From assembly GCA_963711565.1 (NCBI GenBank), contig CAVQEQ010000003.1, forward strand, positions 832,001-896,000: a DNA stretch of 64,000 bases, read 5' to 3'. A model generated the notes under the pieces. That model was not told the origin of the DNA, made no database searches, and saw nothing but the letters and a program-made list of their open reading frames with translations. Positions 20,841 to 31,994 of the stretch are shown here, one piece after another. Each line of letters starts with the position of its first letter. The stretch's first letter is position 1. The DNA is from an uncultured delta proteobacterium (GTDB lineage Bacteria > Desulfobacterota > Binatia > Binatales > Binataceae). The translations under genes were made by a program, and so were the position numbers.

Positions 20841-21275
20841 TCACGAAACCGAATTTCGTCGAGTTAACGAAGCAGCTGAGCGGTTTGCAGCCGGCCACCG
20901 TATCGGCACGAACCAGAATGCCAGGAGCACCGCGGCGCCGAAGGTCAGGTAGATAGTCGTGAACACCCAGGGCGGAGCCTGATAGAAGATCAGCCAATCG
21001 AGCCAGTATCCGATGAAATCGTGCGAATAGCCGGATTCGCCTCCTTTTACTCGCAACATATTCTCCCAGATTGTGAGCGGACAGGTTGTGCCAATGAGCG
21101 CCTCGCAACAGACCAATAGGATCATTGCGAGGTGGATTACGCGAAAATAGACGTTCCGGACCCAATGCCATCCTGCGGCCCCGCCAATTAGAATGGCCGC
21201 GAATCCGATAACCACAAAGGCGACGTAACCCGCGTGAATTATTGTTACGAGGTCGGCTGCCGCCAGCCATAACAT
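20841..21275 (-). CDS. DUF2784 family membrane protein
   Basis: AADLV..IH..YVAFVV.G, FR..HL, CPLT.WE..LR, FI..WL. Confidence 0.8.
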   Translation of the reverse strand: MLWLAAADLVTIIHAGYVAFVVIGFAAILIGGAAGWHWVRNVYFRVIHLAMILLVCCEALIGTTCPLTIWENMLRVKGGESGYSHDFIGYWLDWLIFYQAPPWVFTTIYLTFGAAVLLAFWFVPIRWPAANRSAASLTRRNSVS

Positions 21276-21279
21276 CGAC

Positions 21280-22104
21280 TTACAAGTGTGCGACGCTTCG
21301 CGATCGCACCACGCGCAGCTCCGGCACCGCCGATGTGGGCATGACCGGAATGTCGCGGTCTTCTCGTTGCTGCCACCTATAAAAGATGAACGTGAAAATG
21401 AACATCAGATAGGTGCCCTGCCCGACCCACATGATCAATCCGCCCAGCACCTGGTCCTCGAGCGGCTTGAGGCCCCATCCGTGCGCGCCTTCGGTGTACC
21501 ACGGATAGATCACATGGGTCGCGAGCGTGATCGGCGCGGCGACCGCGGTCATCGGGATCATCAGCAGGAACAGGTAGAGGATTTGGGCCGGGTACGACAG
21601 GCGCGGCATCTCGGGCAGCGGACTCAGGATCGGCCACCACAGCAGGATGCCCGACGCCATGAAGCACAGGTGCAGGAAGATGTGAAAATTCTCGTCGCGG
21701 CACATCCGATCGAAGATTGGCGGAAAGTGCGCGGTGACGAAGACCGCCGAGAAAATCGCGAACGCGATTACCGGCTTCGTCAGCAGGCGCGCGACCGGCT
21801 TGATCGGCTTGCTGAGCACCCACGGCCTCAGCATCCAGTCCGGTGTCCCGAGCAGGAGCAGCGGCGGGATCACAAAGGCCTGCATCAGATGCTGCAGCAT
21901 GTGCATCGAGAAGATTCGCGCGTCTGCCAGTTCGTCGAGCTCGCTCTGTACGTATAGAATCGCGACCATCGCGATCGCAAACCACACCGCCTGCATCCGG
22001 GTCGGTCGGCGGCCGGTGACGCGGCATGCACCAAGGTAAATCGCGATCAGGATCGCGATACCTATCGGGATGCTCGGATGTTCTCCAAAAATGTCCATTG
22101 TCAA
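21280..22104 (-). CDS. ctaG: Cytochrome c oxidase (caa3) assembly factor
   Basis: FSMHMLQHL, PPLLLLG, LWWPILSP, DQVLGGLIMW. Confidence 0.88.
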   Translation of the reverse strand: MTMDIFGEHPSIPIGIAILIAIYLGACRVTGRRPTRMQAVWFAIAMVAILYVQSELDELADARIFSMHMLQHLMQAFVIPPLLLLGTPDWMLRPWVLSKPIKPVARLLTKPVIAFAIFSAVFVTAHFPPIFDRMCRDENFHIFLHLCFMASGILLWWPILSPLPEMPRLSYPAQILYLFLLMIPMTAVAAPITLATHVIYPWYTEGAHGWGLKPLEDQVLGGLIMWVGQGTYLMFIFTFIFYRWQQREDRDIPVMPTSAVPELRVVRSRSVAHL

Positions 22105-22116
22105 AGACGCCCGTTG

Positions 22117-22446
22117 CTATCCGATCGGCGCCAGGTGATGCGACAGATATGCGAACAGCAGGATCAACGAGACCATCAACACCGTCGCAACCATCAACGG
22201 GAAGACGAACACTCCCGTCAGCAGCCATCCGTCGTACTTCAGGTGCATGTAGAACATCGCGACCAGCGCGAACTTGGCGGCGGCCAGCACGATCAGCACC
22301 GGCACCAGCACGGGACGGAGCGCATGCACGTAGAAGACGGTGATCTCCATCGCCGTCAGCACGACTAAAAACGCGGCGATGATAAGGTACGTCGCCGCAC
22401 CCGGATGATGAACCTGCCCAGTGTGGATGTCCGCAATGTCGCTCAT
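22117..22446 (-). CDS. Cytochrome c oxidase subunit IV
   Basis: MSDIADIH...LVVLTAMEI...AAKFALVAMFYMHLKYD; the real gene is the tail of the 910-aa shadow ORF. Confidence 0.88.
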   Translation of the reverse strand: MSDIADIHTGQVHHPGAATYLIIAAFLVVLTAMEITVFYVHALRPVLVPVLIVLAAAKFALVAMFYMHLKYDGWLLTGVFVFPLMVATVLMVSLILLFAYLSHHLAPIG

Positions 22447-24917
22447 GCTCCGGGCACCGCCTGCATCAGATAGACGAGAGTAAAGATGATGATCCACACC
22501 ACATCGACGAAATGCCAGTAGAGTCCCGCGAGCTCGACCAACGTCGCGCGCGACTTGCCTAGGTTGCCCGTCATCGCGGCGACCAGCAGCACCGACAGCC
22601 ACAGCACGCCGATCGCGACGTGCGCGCCGTGAAACCCGACCAGCACGAAGAATGACTGCGAGAATAAGTTGGTCGTAAGCCCCATCCCCTCGTGCAAGAA
22701 GCTCGTGAACTCGTAAACCTGGCCGCAAAGAAAAATCAGCCCGAACAGGACCGTGCCGCCGAGCCAGATTCGCTCCCATCGCTTGTCGCCGCGCTGAGTG
22801 GCCGCGAGCGCCAGCACCATCAGCAACGAACTCATCAACAGGATAAACGTGCTGAACAACGTCAGCGGGATATTGAGGATCTCCGGCCCGGGTCCGCTGA
22901 CGCTGCGCGATTTGTAAACGATGAAGGTCGAGATCAAACTCGCGAAGAACACGCACTCCGACCCGATGAACGACCACACGCCGATTTTGCGCACGTCGAT
23001 TCCGCCTGACGACGGCGCATGCTCCGGGTCGTGCGATTCCTGGCCGAAGCTCGGGTACTCGAATCCCATCCCGATGACCGACAGGATCACGACCAGCGCG
23101 CCCATGATCACGATGCGATACCAGTCGATGATGAGCCCAAGGCCCATCATGCCCACGCCGAGACTCAGCACCAGCGGAAAAATCGACGGCGCCGGCATAT
23201 GGATGTGCTCGACGGATGCCGGCTCGCTCGGCGGCGGTTGCGACGGCGCCTGCCCCGACATGTAGGCTGCGACGCCGCGCGATCCGGCTCGCCCGTATTT
23301 GAGAATCCACCACGCGTCGCGCCCGCGGATTTGCGGGATCGTCGCGAAGTTGTACACGGGCGGTGGCGACGGCGTGGACCATTCGAGGCTGCGGCCGTCC
23401 CACGGATCGGCGGGCGCGCGCTCGCCGCTGACGAGACTTGTGAAAATGTTGATGTAGAAAAGCAGGAACGCGATGCCAAGAATGAACGCGCCGATCGTCT
23501 CGAGTTGGTTGAGATGCGTCCAGCCCATGTCGGCGCCGTAGGTGTAGGTGCGCCGCGGCATCCCCCACATCCCGAGAAAGTGCATCGGGAAAAACGTGAG
23601 GTTGAAGCCGACGACCGTCAGCCAGAAGTGCCACTTGCCAAGCCGCTCGCCGAGCATGCGTCCGCTGATTTTCGGCCACCAGTAGTAGAACGCCGCCATG
23701 ATCGCGAACATCACGCCGCCGAACAGCACGTAGTGAAAGTGCGCGACGACGAAGTACGAATCGGTCTGCTGCAGATCGACCGGCGCCGATGCGTGCATGA
23801 TTCCGCTGAGCCCGCCGATCGTGAACTCGAGAATCATCCCGAGTGCGAAGTAGAAGGCGGTCGTCATGCGCAGCGAGCCGCCCCAGACCGTCGCGATCCA
23901 GCTGAAAATTTTCACGCCGGTCGGAATCGCGATCAGCATCGAAGTGATCGCGAATGCCGAGTCGGCCACCGGGCCCATCCCCGTCGCGAACATGTGATGT
24001 CCCCACACCCCGTACGACAGGAATGCGATCAGGCAGATCGAATACGCCATCATCGGGTAGCCGAACAGCGGCTTGCGCGAGAACGCCGGCACGACTTCCG
24101 AGATGATTCCGAAAGCCGGCAGCGCCATGATATACACTTCGGGATGGCCGAACAGCCAGAACAGATGCTGCCAGAGAATCGGCGTCGCACCCGCGGATGC
24201 GATGTAAAAGTGCGTGTCGAAAAAACGGTCGAAGAGCAGAAAGATCAGACCGATCGTGAGCGCCGGAAACGCGATCAGAATCAGGATCAACGTCACCAGC
24301 ATCGACCAGATGAACATCGGCATGCGCATGTACGTCATGCCCGGCGCGCGCATCGCGATAATCGTCGTCAGGAAATTCAAGCCCGTGAGCACCGTCGAAG
24401 TGCCCGATACGAGCAGCCCAATCACCCACCAGTCGATCGCGAGGCCGGGCGTGAAGTACCGCTCGGTCAGGTTCGCGTAGCCGAACCATCCCGCATCGGG
24501 AAGCCCGCCGCGAATCCAGCCGAGATGGAGCAGGATTCCCGCGATCAGCGCCAGCCAGAAGCTCAGCGCGTTGAGCCGGGGAAACGCAACGTCGCGCGCG
24601 CCGATCTGAAGCGGGATGAGGAAGTTGCCGAGAAATCCAAGCAGCAGCGGCATCACGACCAGGAAGATCATCGTCGTCCCATGCATCGTGAAAAACGCGT
24701 TGTACGTTGCCGCCGACAGCGCGTGATTGTCGGGACGCCACAACTGTACGCGAATCGCCATCGCCTCGATCCCGCCGAACGCCATGAAGAACAGCGCGCT
24801 GGCGAGGTACATCACGGCGACGCGTTTGTGATCGATCGTCGTCAGCCATCCGAGTAACCCGCCGCCTTCGAGGTAGCTCGGCTGATGCACTGGCAATGGT
24901 TTCGGTTGCGCAGCCAT
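22443..24917 (-). CDS. ctaD: Cytochrome c oxidase subunit I fused to subunit III
   Basis: DHK, TMHGTTM, WLFGHPEVY, WGHHMF and AHFHY, then in frame SECVFF, GFHGAHV and YWHFVDVVW. Confidence 0.93.
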   Translation of the reverse strand: MAAQPKPLPVHQPSYLEGGGLLGWLTTIDHKRVAVMYLASALFFMAFGGIEAMAIRVQLWRPDNHALSAATYNAFFTMHGTTMIFLVVMPLLLGFLGNFLIPLQIGARDVAFPRLNALSFWLALIAGILLHLGWIRGGLPDAGWFGYANLTERYFTPGLAIDWWVIGLLVSGTSTVLTGLNFLTTIIAMRAPGMTYMRMPMFIWSMLVTLILILIAFPALTIGLIFLLFDRFFDTHFYIASAGATPILWQHLFWLFGHPEVYIMALPAFGIISEVVPAFSRKPLFGYPMMAYSICLIAFLSYGVWGHHMFATGMGPVADSAFAITSMLIAIPTGVKIFSWIATVWGGSLRMTTAFYFALGMILEFTIGGLSGIMHASAPVDLQQTDSYFVVAHFHYVLFGGVMFAIMAAFYYWWPKISGRMLGERLGKWHFWLTVVGFNLTFFPMHFLGMWGMPRRTYTYGADMGWTHLNQLETIGAFILGIAFLLFYINIFTSLVSGERAPADPWDGRSLEWSTPSPPPVYNFATIPQIRGRDAWWILKYGRAGSRGVAAYMSGQAPSQPPPSEPASVEHIHMPAPSIFPLVLSLGVGMMGLGLIIDWYRIVIMGALVVILSVIGMGFEYPSFGQESHDPEHAPSSGGIDVRKIGVWSFIGSECVFFASLISTFIVYKSRSVSGPGPEILNIPLTLFSTFILLMSSLLMVLALAATQRGDKRWERIWLGGTVLFGLIFLCGQVYEFTSFLHEGMGLTTNLFSQSFFVLVGFHGAHVAIGVLWLSVLLVAAMTGNLGKSRATLVELAGLYWHFVDVVWIIIFTLVYLMQAVPGA

Positions 24918-24927
24918 TCGACGCTCC

Positions 24928-25956
24928 CTATTTCAGACTCTCGAGATACGCGACCAGGGCGTTCAGCTTGTCCCCCGGCAACAGCAGCGCCGGCATGTTC
25001 GCGCCCGGCTTGATTTCCTGCGGATTCTCGATCCACTTCGCAACATTCTCGGGCGTGTTCTTCAACACGCCGGCGGCCAGCGTCGTGCGGCCGCCGAAAT
25101 GCGTCAGGTCTGGTCCGATATACCCTTTCGAAACGCCCTGGATCATGTGGCAAGTCGTGCACGGACTGTCGGCAAAAACTTTTGCGCCGTCCGCCGCCAA
25201 CTGATCGCTCGCCGGAGTCGGGACCGGTCCCGCAAGCTGCTCCCGGTCCCACTTGGCGAAATCATCCGGAGAATCGACGAACGTCCGAAAGCGCATGTTC
25301 GCATGCGACAGGCCGCAAAACTCCGCGCATTGCCCCGGATACATTCCCGGCACCGTCGCGACGAACGTAAGCTCGTTGATTTGGCCGGGCACCACGTCGC
25401 GTTTGCCGCCGAGTTGCGGCACCCAGAAACTGTGGATGATGTCGGCCGATTCCAGCGACAGGCGAATCGGCCGGTTGACCGGGATATGCAGCTCGTTGCC
25501 GGTCTTCGCGCCGTCGGGATAATCAAACTCCCACCACCACTGATGCGCGACCACTTTGATCACGAGCGCGCCCGCGGGCGCGACCGCCGGCTGCGATCGA
25601 AAGATCGTGCGTATCGTCGGCACCGAGATCATCAACAAGATCAGCACCGGGCCGAGCGTCCACGCGATTTCCAGACCCAGATCGGACGACGCGGTCGAAG
25701 GCGGCGCCGCCTCTCCCACACGGGTAGAGAACACAAACAGCGCGAGCACAAACGCCACGACCACGATCGCCAAGACCAGCGCGTCCCATAACGTCACATC
25801 GATGAAAAGATTCTGAATCCACTGCGCAAGGTCCGACTTCGGCGCGAGCGTGGTCATCGGGCGGCCGGCGTCCGAGCATCCTGCAATAGTCAGTGCAATA
25901 GCCACTCGCATAGCTACTGAGGCGACCGAATGCCTATTTGGTCGGCGCCGGATCAT
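24928..25956 (-). CDS. ctaC: Cytochrome c oxidase subunit II with C-terminal cytochrome c
   Basis: Lipobox-like IAGC, HQWWW, DIIHSFW, CAEFCGLSHANM (CuA), CTTCH. Confidence 0.93.
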   Translation of the reverse strand: MIRRRPNRHSVASVAMRVAIALTIAGCSDAGRPMTTLAPKSDLAQWIQNLFIDVTLWDALVLAIVVVAFVLALFVFSTRVGEAAPPSTASSDLGLEIAWTLGPVLILLMISVPTIRTIFRSQPAVAPAGALVIKVVAHQWWWEFDYPDGAKTGNELHIPVNRPIRLSLESADIIHSFWVPQLGGKRDVVPGQINELTFVATVPGMYPGQCAEFCGLSHANMRFRTFVDSPDDFAKWDREQLAGPVPTPASDQLAADGAKVFADSPCTTCHMIQGVSKGYIGPDLTHFGGRTTLAAGVLKNTPENVAKWIENPQEIKPGANMPALLLPGDKLNALVAYLESLK

Positions 25957-27173
25957 TCCGCCTCATCTCCTACCGGCTCTCCGGAGGTTGCGGCCTGCGC
26001 GACGCGGTTCAGTCCCGGCACTGCCGAAATCAGAAACGCGCCAAGGAAACCGATCGAGATCAGAAACTGCGTGGGTCCAAACGGGATCGCATCGAGCGAC
26101 AGCGACGGAACCACCAGCACGTAACGCTCGAGCCATATTCCGATGAGTCCAAGCGCGGACACCGTGCCGAGAATCATCGGCGTCTTCTTGGTCCGCACGC
26201 TCATCAGGACCGTAAATGGAATCAGCCAGATCAATACGACGCACGCCACTGACAACGGTGACCACGGCATGTGATGAACACGCTGGACAATGAAAAAGGT
26301 CTCGACCGGCAGGTCGCCGTACCAGATCACGATGTACTGCGAGAAGAGGAGGTACACCCAGAACACCGAGAAAGCGAACACCATCTTGCCGAAGTCGTGC
26401 ATAACGACGGGATTGGTGAACAGATTGTGTTCGCCCAGACGGCCGCGCAGCACGGTCGCTACCAGAGCCATCGCCGCCAATCCGCTCCAGAAAGCTCCCG
26501 CGAAAAAGTACCAGCCGAAAAGTGTGCTGCGCCAAACCGGCGCGAGCGACATCACCAAATCGAATGCGATCAGCGTGTAAACGACGGCGAACAGCACAGC
26601 AACCAGCGGCGCGAACACTCGTATCGAATGCGGCGGCAGCTCAATGTCGTCGGCCGCGATCGTCCACGCTCGGGCGTCATCGCCGCTCGAGACGCGGACA
26701 AATGCGAAACTCGCCGCCGCCATCACGCCAAGCCCGATTCCATCACGCGCAAATAGAAACGGGACGTTCAGCCACGCGGCCTTCTGCGGGATCGGATGCG
26801 TCACCCACGGGAAAATCAGGCTGCGGCCGAAGTACAATCCAAAGAATAGAAAAAATCCGACCCACAGAAACGGCGCGAAGGCCTCGCCGAGCCGATACGG
26901 CGTCGAGCCGCCCCACTTCGCTTGCGTGAGATAGAACGCCGCCGATGCGACGAGCGCGCCTTGTGCGACGCCGAGAAAAAATAGCAGGTTGACGAGATAG
27001 GCCTGCCATGCGATCGCGGCGCCGCCGCGCATCAGCGCGAGCCCGAAGGCGATCGCGCCGAGCACAATCATCACGGCACCGACCGCCTGCATCGTCGTGC
27101 CGGCGACCGACTCGACGACTTGCGGCTTCGTCGCCGCGCGCTCGCGATGCAATTGCTGAAGATTGGTGCTCAT
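25953..27173 (-). CDS. actF: Alternative complex III subunit ActF-like
   Basis: WLNVPFLFAR, DLVMSL.P.W.ST.FG, HDFGK, FWVYLLFSQY.VIWYGDLP.ET. Confidence 0.8.
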   Translation of the reverse strand: MSTNLQQLHRERAATKPQVVESVAGTTMQAVGAVMIVLGAIAFGLALMRGGAAIAWQAYLVNLLFFLGVAQGALVASAAFYLTQAKWGGSTPYRLGEAFAPFLWVGFFLFFGLYFGRSLIFPWVTHPIPQKAAWLNVPFLFARDGIGLGVMAAASFAFVRVSSGDDARAWTIAADDIELPPHSIRVFAPLVAVLFAVVYTLIAFDLVMSLAPVWRSTLFGWYFFAGAFWSGLAAMALVATVLRGRLGEHNLFTNPVVMHDFGKMVFAFSVFWVYLLFSQYIVIWYGDLPVETFFIVQRVHHMPWSPLSVACVVLIWLIPFTVLMSVRTKKTPMILGTVSALGLIGIWLERYVLVVPSLSLDAIPFGPTQFLISIGFLGAFLISAVPGLNRVAQAATSGEPVGDEAE

Positions 27174-27187
27174 GACCTTGGCGCCGC

Positions 27188-27700
27188 TTAATCCGCGCCC
27201 TCACGTACGACCTCTTCCGCGCCCGATTCCTTCATCATCGACTCGACGCGCTCCGCTTCACCCTCGTCGCATCGGACCACGATCCCAAATCGATCCCCGC
27301 CGAAGCGCCCGTCGTATCCCGGTGCACTCTCGATCGCAGGCACACCCGCGAGCCCCAGCACTCCAAGGAAGCCGAAGATTCCGCCGAGCAACACCATCAA
27401 CTCGAAACAGATCACTATGAACGGTGGCCATGACAGCAGCGGTTTGCCGCCCGCATTGAGGCGCCATTCGTAAGTTGTGCCGATCGTGATCGCGAGCCCG
27501 GTGAGGATGCCCGAGATTCCACCCACCAGCACGATCCATCGCACCGGACTTTTCTTCTTGCCGATCGCGTGCTCGATTTTGTGGCTCGGAAACGGCGCGA
27601 ACGTATGGAAGTCCGAAACCTGAGCAGCGCGCAACTCTTCTATAGCCTGCGCCGCATGCGTATCGTCAGCAAACGAGCTTATGATCGCAATCGTGCTCAT
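27188..27700 (-). CDS. actD: ACIII subunit ActD (DUF3341)
   Basis: PFP, GGKPLLSWPPFIVICFEL.VL, GA.EV; ATG 27700 overlaps the actC stop. Confidence 0.85.
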   Translation of the reverse strand: MSTIAIISSFADDTHAAQAIEELRAAQVSDFHTFAPFPSHKIEHAIGKKKSPVRWIVLVGGISGILTGLAITIGTTYEWRLNAGGKPLLSWPPFIVICFELMVLLGGIFGFLGVLGLAGVPAIESAPGYDGRFGGDRFGIVVRCDEGEAERVESMMKESGAEEVVREGAD

Positions 27701-29055
27701 GCGGCTTTGACTCGATCCATCTTGAGCGCCTTGCGCAGCCAGACGATCCCTTCCTTGAGTTCCGTCATCGAGAAGATCGGCAGGAACCTTGAAAATAGCG
27801 AGAACAGTCCGACGAACCACGCGAAGCTGCCGACCGTGATCATGATTTCAGTGATCGACGGACGGTACGGACCCCACTGCGAAGGTTCGAAGTTCACTCT
27901 CAGCGAGCCTGCTATGATCACGAAGCGCTCCATCCACATTCCGATATTCACGAAAATCGTGATTACCCAGAGCGCCCGCAGGTTGACCCGAATGCGCGGG
28001 GAAAACAGCAACAGCGGTATCACGCAGTTGCACAACACCATCATCCAGAACAGCGGACCCCACGGCCCGAAATACCGCATGTGAAAGGTCATTTGCTCGA
28101 TCGGATCGCCGGCGTACCAGGTCATGAAGCTCTCGGTAATGTACGAATACGAAACCACCAGCAACGTCAGCAGCACGACCTTGGCGAGATTATCGAAGTG
28201 CCACTCGGTCAGCAGGTCCTCGATGCCCAGCAGTCTGCGCATCGGGATCAGCAGCGTGATAACCATCGCCACGCCGGAAAAGATCGCGCCGGCGACGAAG
28301 TACGGTGCGAAGAGCGTACTGTGCCAGCCGGGTAGTTGCGCCATCGCGAAATCCCACGACACGACCGAATGCACCGACAGCACCAGCGGAGTAGCTAATC
28401 CCGCCATTAGCAAGTAGGCCATTGAGTAATGCCGCCACTGGCGATCGGTTCCCTGCCAACCCATCGCCAGCACCGTGTAGAACTTCTTGCGCCAGCCGGT
28501 CGCGGCCTCGCGCGCGTTGGCGATATCGGGAATCAGGCCCATCGTCCAGAACAGCGCGCTGATAGTCAGATAAGTACTAACCGCGAAAGCGTCCCATACC
28601 AGTGGCGAGCGAAAATCGGGTTGCAGGTATCGCTCATTGGGATATGGCAATAGCCAGTAGAAAAACCACACGCGGCCAAGATGTATTAGTGGAAACAGTC
28701 CCGCAGTAGCTACTGCGAATATAGTCATTGTCTCGGCGGCGCGATAAACCGCGGTGCGCCACTTGGTGCGGAACAGGAACAGAATCGCGGAGATCAAAGT
28801 CCCCGAGTGCGCGATACCGACCCAGAAAACGAAGTTGGTAATGTAGATTGCCCACATCACCGGCTGGCGAAGTCCCGTCACGCCCAGCCCCGTGTATATC
28901 TGCCGCATCCAGCACCCCGCCGCGATCGCCACCAGCGTGAAACAGAATCCGATCCATGCCCAGTACGCCATTCCCGCCGGTTCCATGACGCGCAGCACGC
29001 TGCGATCGATGTCGCGAAAGCTCGGCTCGGTGTTTATCTTGGGCGCCGCAGCCAC
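27697..29055 (-). CDS. actC: ACIII subunit ActC (NrfD family)
   Basis: NFVFWVGIAHSGTLISA, HLGR, SPLVWD, PLVLSVHSVVSWDF, PYFVAGAIFSG. Confidence 0.92.
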   Translation of the reverse strand: MAAAPKINTEPSFRDIDRSVLRVMEPAGMAYWAWIGFCFTLVAIAAGCWMRQIYTGLGVTGLRQPVMWAIYITNFVFWVGIAHSGTLISAILFLFRTKWRTAVYRAAETMTIFAVATAGLFPLIHLGRVWFFYWLLPYPNERYLQPDFRSPLVWDAFAVSTYLTISALFWTMGLIPDIANAREAATGWRKKFYTVLAMGWQGTDRQWRHYSMAYLLMAGLATPLVLSVHSVVSWDFAMAQLPGWHSTLFAPYFVAGAIFSGVAMVITLLIPMRRLLGIEDLLTEWHFDNLAKVVLLTLLVVSYSYITESFMTWYAGDPIEQMTFHMRYFGPWGPLFWMMVLCNCVIPLLLFSPRIRVNLRALWVITIFVNIGMWMERFVIIAGSLRVNFEPSQWGPYRPSITEIMITVGSFAWFVGLFSLFSRFLPIFSMTELKEGIVWLRKALKMDRVKAA

Positions 29056-31994
29056 TCAGGTCTTTCCTTTCTCGCGATAGAGATCGCGCAGGTACGTGAT
29101 CGCCGGTTGAGTGTTGAGTTCCTCGAGTGCGCGATAGGTGCGCAGCTTGTTGTCATCGCGCCGGCGCATCATCGCGCTAGCCGGATCGTTGCTGTCGCCG
29201 AACGTGATTGCCCGCGTCGGACACGCCTGCATGCACGCCGTGACGATCTCGCCATCGCGCAGTTGACGATCCTCGGTCTTGGCATTGAGCTCGCCGAACT
29301 GGATTCGCTGGATGCAGAACGTGCACTTCTCCATTACGCCGGCGCCGCGGACCGTCACGTCGGGATTGAGTTGCAGGTTCATCGGCGCCGGCCACTCCGG
29401 CACGAACCAGTTGAACCGGCGCACCTTGTACGGACAGTTATTTTCGCAATAGCGCGTGCCGACGCATCGATTGTAAACTTGGCCGTTGAGGCCTTCCTCC
29501 GTGTGATACGACGCGAACACCGGGCAGACCGGCTCGCACGGCGCGTGATCGCACTGCTGGCACAGCATCGGCGCCAGGTAGAGCTGCGGCGCCTCTGCCG
29601 CTTCCTCTTCATTCGGGAAGTAGCGCTCGATGCGAATCCACGACATGATTCGCCCGTTATCGACACCCTCCTTGCCCACCCACGGAACATTATTTTCCGC
29701 GTAGCACGCCGTCACGCACGCGCTGCAACCGGTGCACGCGTTCACGTCGATCGTCATGCCCCATTTGTGCCCCACATATTTCCAGGGCGCGTACATTTCG
29801 AACGGCCCGGTAACTTCTTCCCCCTCGCTCTTCGGAATCACGCCGTTCGCTAGCTGCTCGATACTCATCGCCTCGACGATCGACCGGCCCATCATGTCGC
29901 TCTTGCCCAGCGGCGTCACGAGCTTGCGAGTGTCACCCGTCGCGCGCGCGGTCGCAGCCGCGTAAGTCGCGCCCGCCGCCAGTATCGTCCACGCATTCGC
30001 GCCGACATCCTTGGCGTAGCGGCCGTACTCGCGATGCCCCTGCCCAAGCGGCACCGCGATCACGCCGGGACGCACCGTGCTCTCCACCAGCACCGGCGCC
30101 TCGATTGCGCCGTGTTCCGTCTTGATCTCGATGATGTCGTCCCTGGCGACGCCGAGCTTGCGCGCGGTCTCGGGATGCATCTCGGCCCAACTGTCCCACA
30201 CGATCTGCGTGACCGGCTCGGGCAATTCCTGCAGCCACGGCTTGTCCGCGCCGCGCCCGTCATAAAGAAAAATGTGCGGATAGGCGTAAACGGAAAGTTC
30301 CATCTGCGCCGCGGTCGGTACGGCGCCCTTGAATGGCGACATGTCGAGCGTGAGCGCCGAGAGATGCTGTTCCTCGAACAATCCGCCTTCGCGCCGGACC
30401 TTCACCCAAAAATCTTCAGCATCGCTACCGTCTGCTTTGGGAGCCAGCGCCAGCCATTCAGTCTTGACGGCCTCCGCCGTAGTCGCCCACGGCAGTTTTG
30501 TGCTCGACGTTTTCGCAGCCGCCGCGATCAGGATGTCGCCCACCGGCTTGCTCTCGAACACCGGCTGCATCACAGGCTGCCCAAGTCCGCGGATTCCCGC
30601 GCGCGGCGCCGTGTCACGCCATGATTCGAGCGGGTGATGCGCCGGCAAAAGCAGACTCGCCATCGCCGCGGTCTCATCCGGCACGCCGCCCGCCCACACT
30701 ACGAACGGAACTTTTTGGAGCGCCTCGGCCATTCGCGCCGACGGCGGCTGAGTGAACACCGGATTTCCGCCCGCGATAAACGCCACGTCGATCTCGCCGC
30801 CGCGCATCGCGTCGATCGCCGCGTCCACTTCATCCGGCGTGCTGGTCTCCTCGGCGGGCGAATCTTCGAAGAACATTATCGTCTTGCCGAAATTGCCGGT
30901 GACCGCGTTGAGGATCATTGCCGCAAGATGTGCCGACGAATCGTCGGTGCCCGCGATCGCGAGCGCGCCGTCCGCCTTGCCGAAGGTCTCGCCGAGCTGC
31001 CTGATCGTTTCAACCGGCACGCCGGTGCGCGCGCTGGTCGCGGCCGGATCGAAATTCGCGACCGCCTTGGTCAGCGCCACGAGATCGAAGCCCGAGTTCT
31101 GCGAGATTTTCCCATTCTTGACCAGGACGTTGAGAACGCTCCACGCAACGTCGGCCTGCGCTCCTGGAGCCGTCGCGATCCATTCGTCGCACTTCGACGC
31201 CGTCATGCTGAGCCGCGGGCCGACGTAGGTCGCGCGCCCTATTGTCAGCGCTCCGCGCCAATTCTGCGGCGTGCGGAACAGGGAATATTGTCGCGCCAGC
31301 TCCACCGGCGATTGCCACGTCTTGAGAAAATCCGCACCGAAGGAAATCAGCACTTCGGCCTGATCGATTCGATACGTCGGCAGATCCCGCCGGCGAAGAG
31401 CGTTTTCGCCGCGGCCCGCGCCGGTTCCTGGTTGATCGCCTCGTAAAATATCGCACGCGACGAATTGCAGGCGCCGACAAACGCCAGCGCGATTTTTTTG
31501 AAGGTCGGCCCATTCGGCGCGCCGAAGTACGCGACGCGATCCTTGCCCGCCTTCGACGCCGCCACCAGCTTGTCTCCAAGCATTTTCCCGGCGTCGTCCC
31601 ACGATACTGTCCTTAGCGCCCCATCGCCGCTGCGCACCTGCGGACGCGCCAGCCGGTCCGGATTATACAGTCCTTGCAGCGTGGCCTGCCCGCGTGCGCA
31701 TAACGCGCCCTGTCCGATTGGGTCCTCCGGATTTCCCTCGAGCTTGACCACGCGCCCTTCGCGGATTCGCGCCACCACGCCGCATCCGGCCGGACACTCC
31801 GAGCAGGTCGTCGCAAAAAAACTCGGCACCCCTGGCACGACGTTCTCGTCCGGCACCACGTACGGAATCAGCTTGCGCGCTGCCGGCTCGCAGCCAGGCA
31901 GAGCCGCCGCCGCGCTCGCAGTCGCGGCCAGCTTGATAAACGCTCGCCTGGATATTGACGGTCCCTCGCGCATCTGTTTTTTCACTTTCCTCAC
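29056..31994 (-). CDS. actB: ACIII subunit ActB (molybdopterin-like + Fe-S domains), frameshifted near 31394
   Basis: TAT signal SRRAFIK and CSECPAGC in one ORF; ISFGADF, CTGCSAC, CQQC..APCEPVCP, CVGTRYC and EKCTFC in the other. One added base joins them as KTLFGRRDLPTYRID. Confidence 0.85.

Noticed and set aside
22117-24849. 910-aa ORF overlapping coxI
   Set aside because: Only the last 109 aa (subunit IV from ATG 22446) are plausible.
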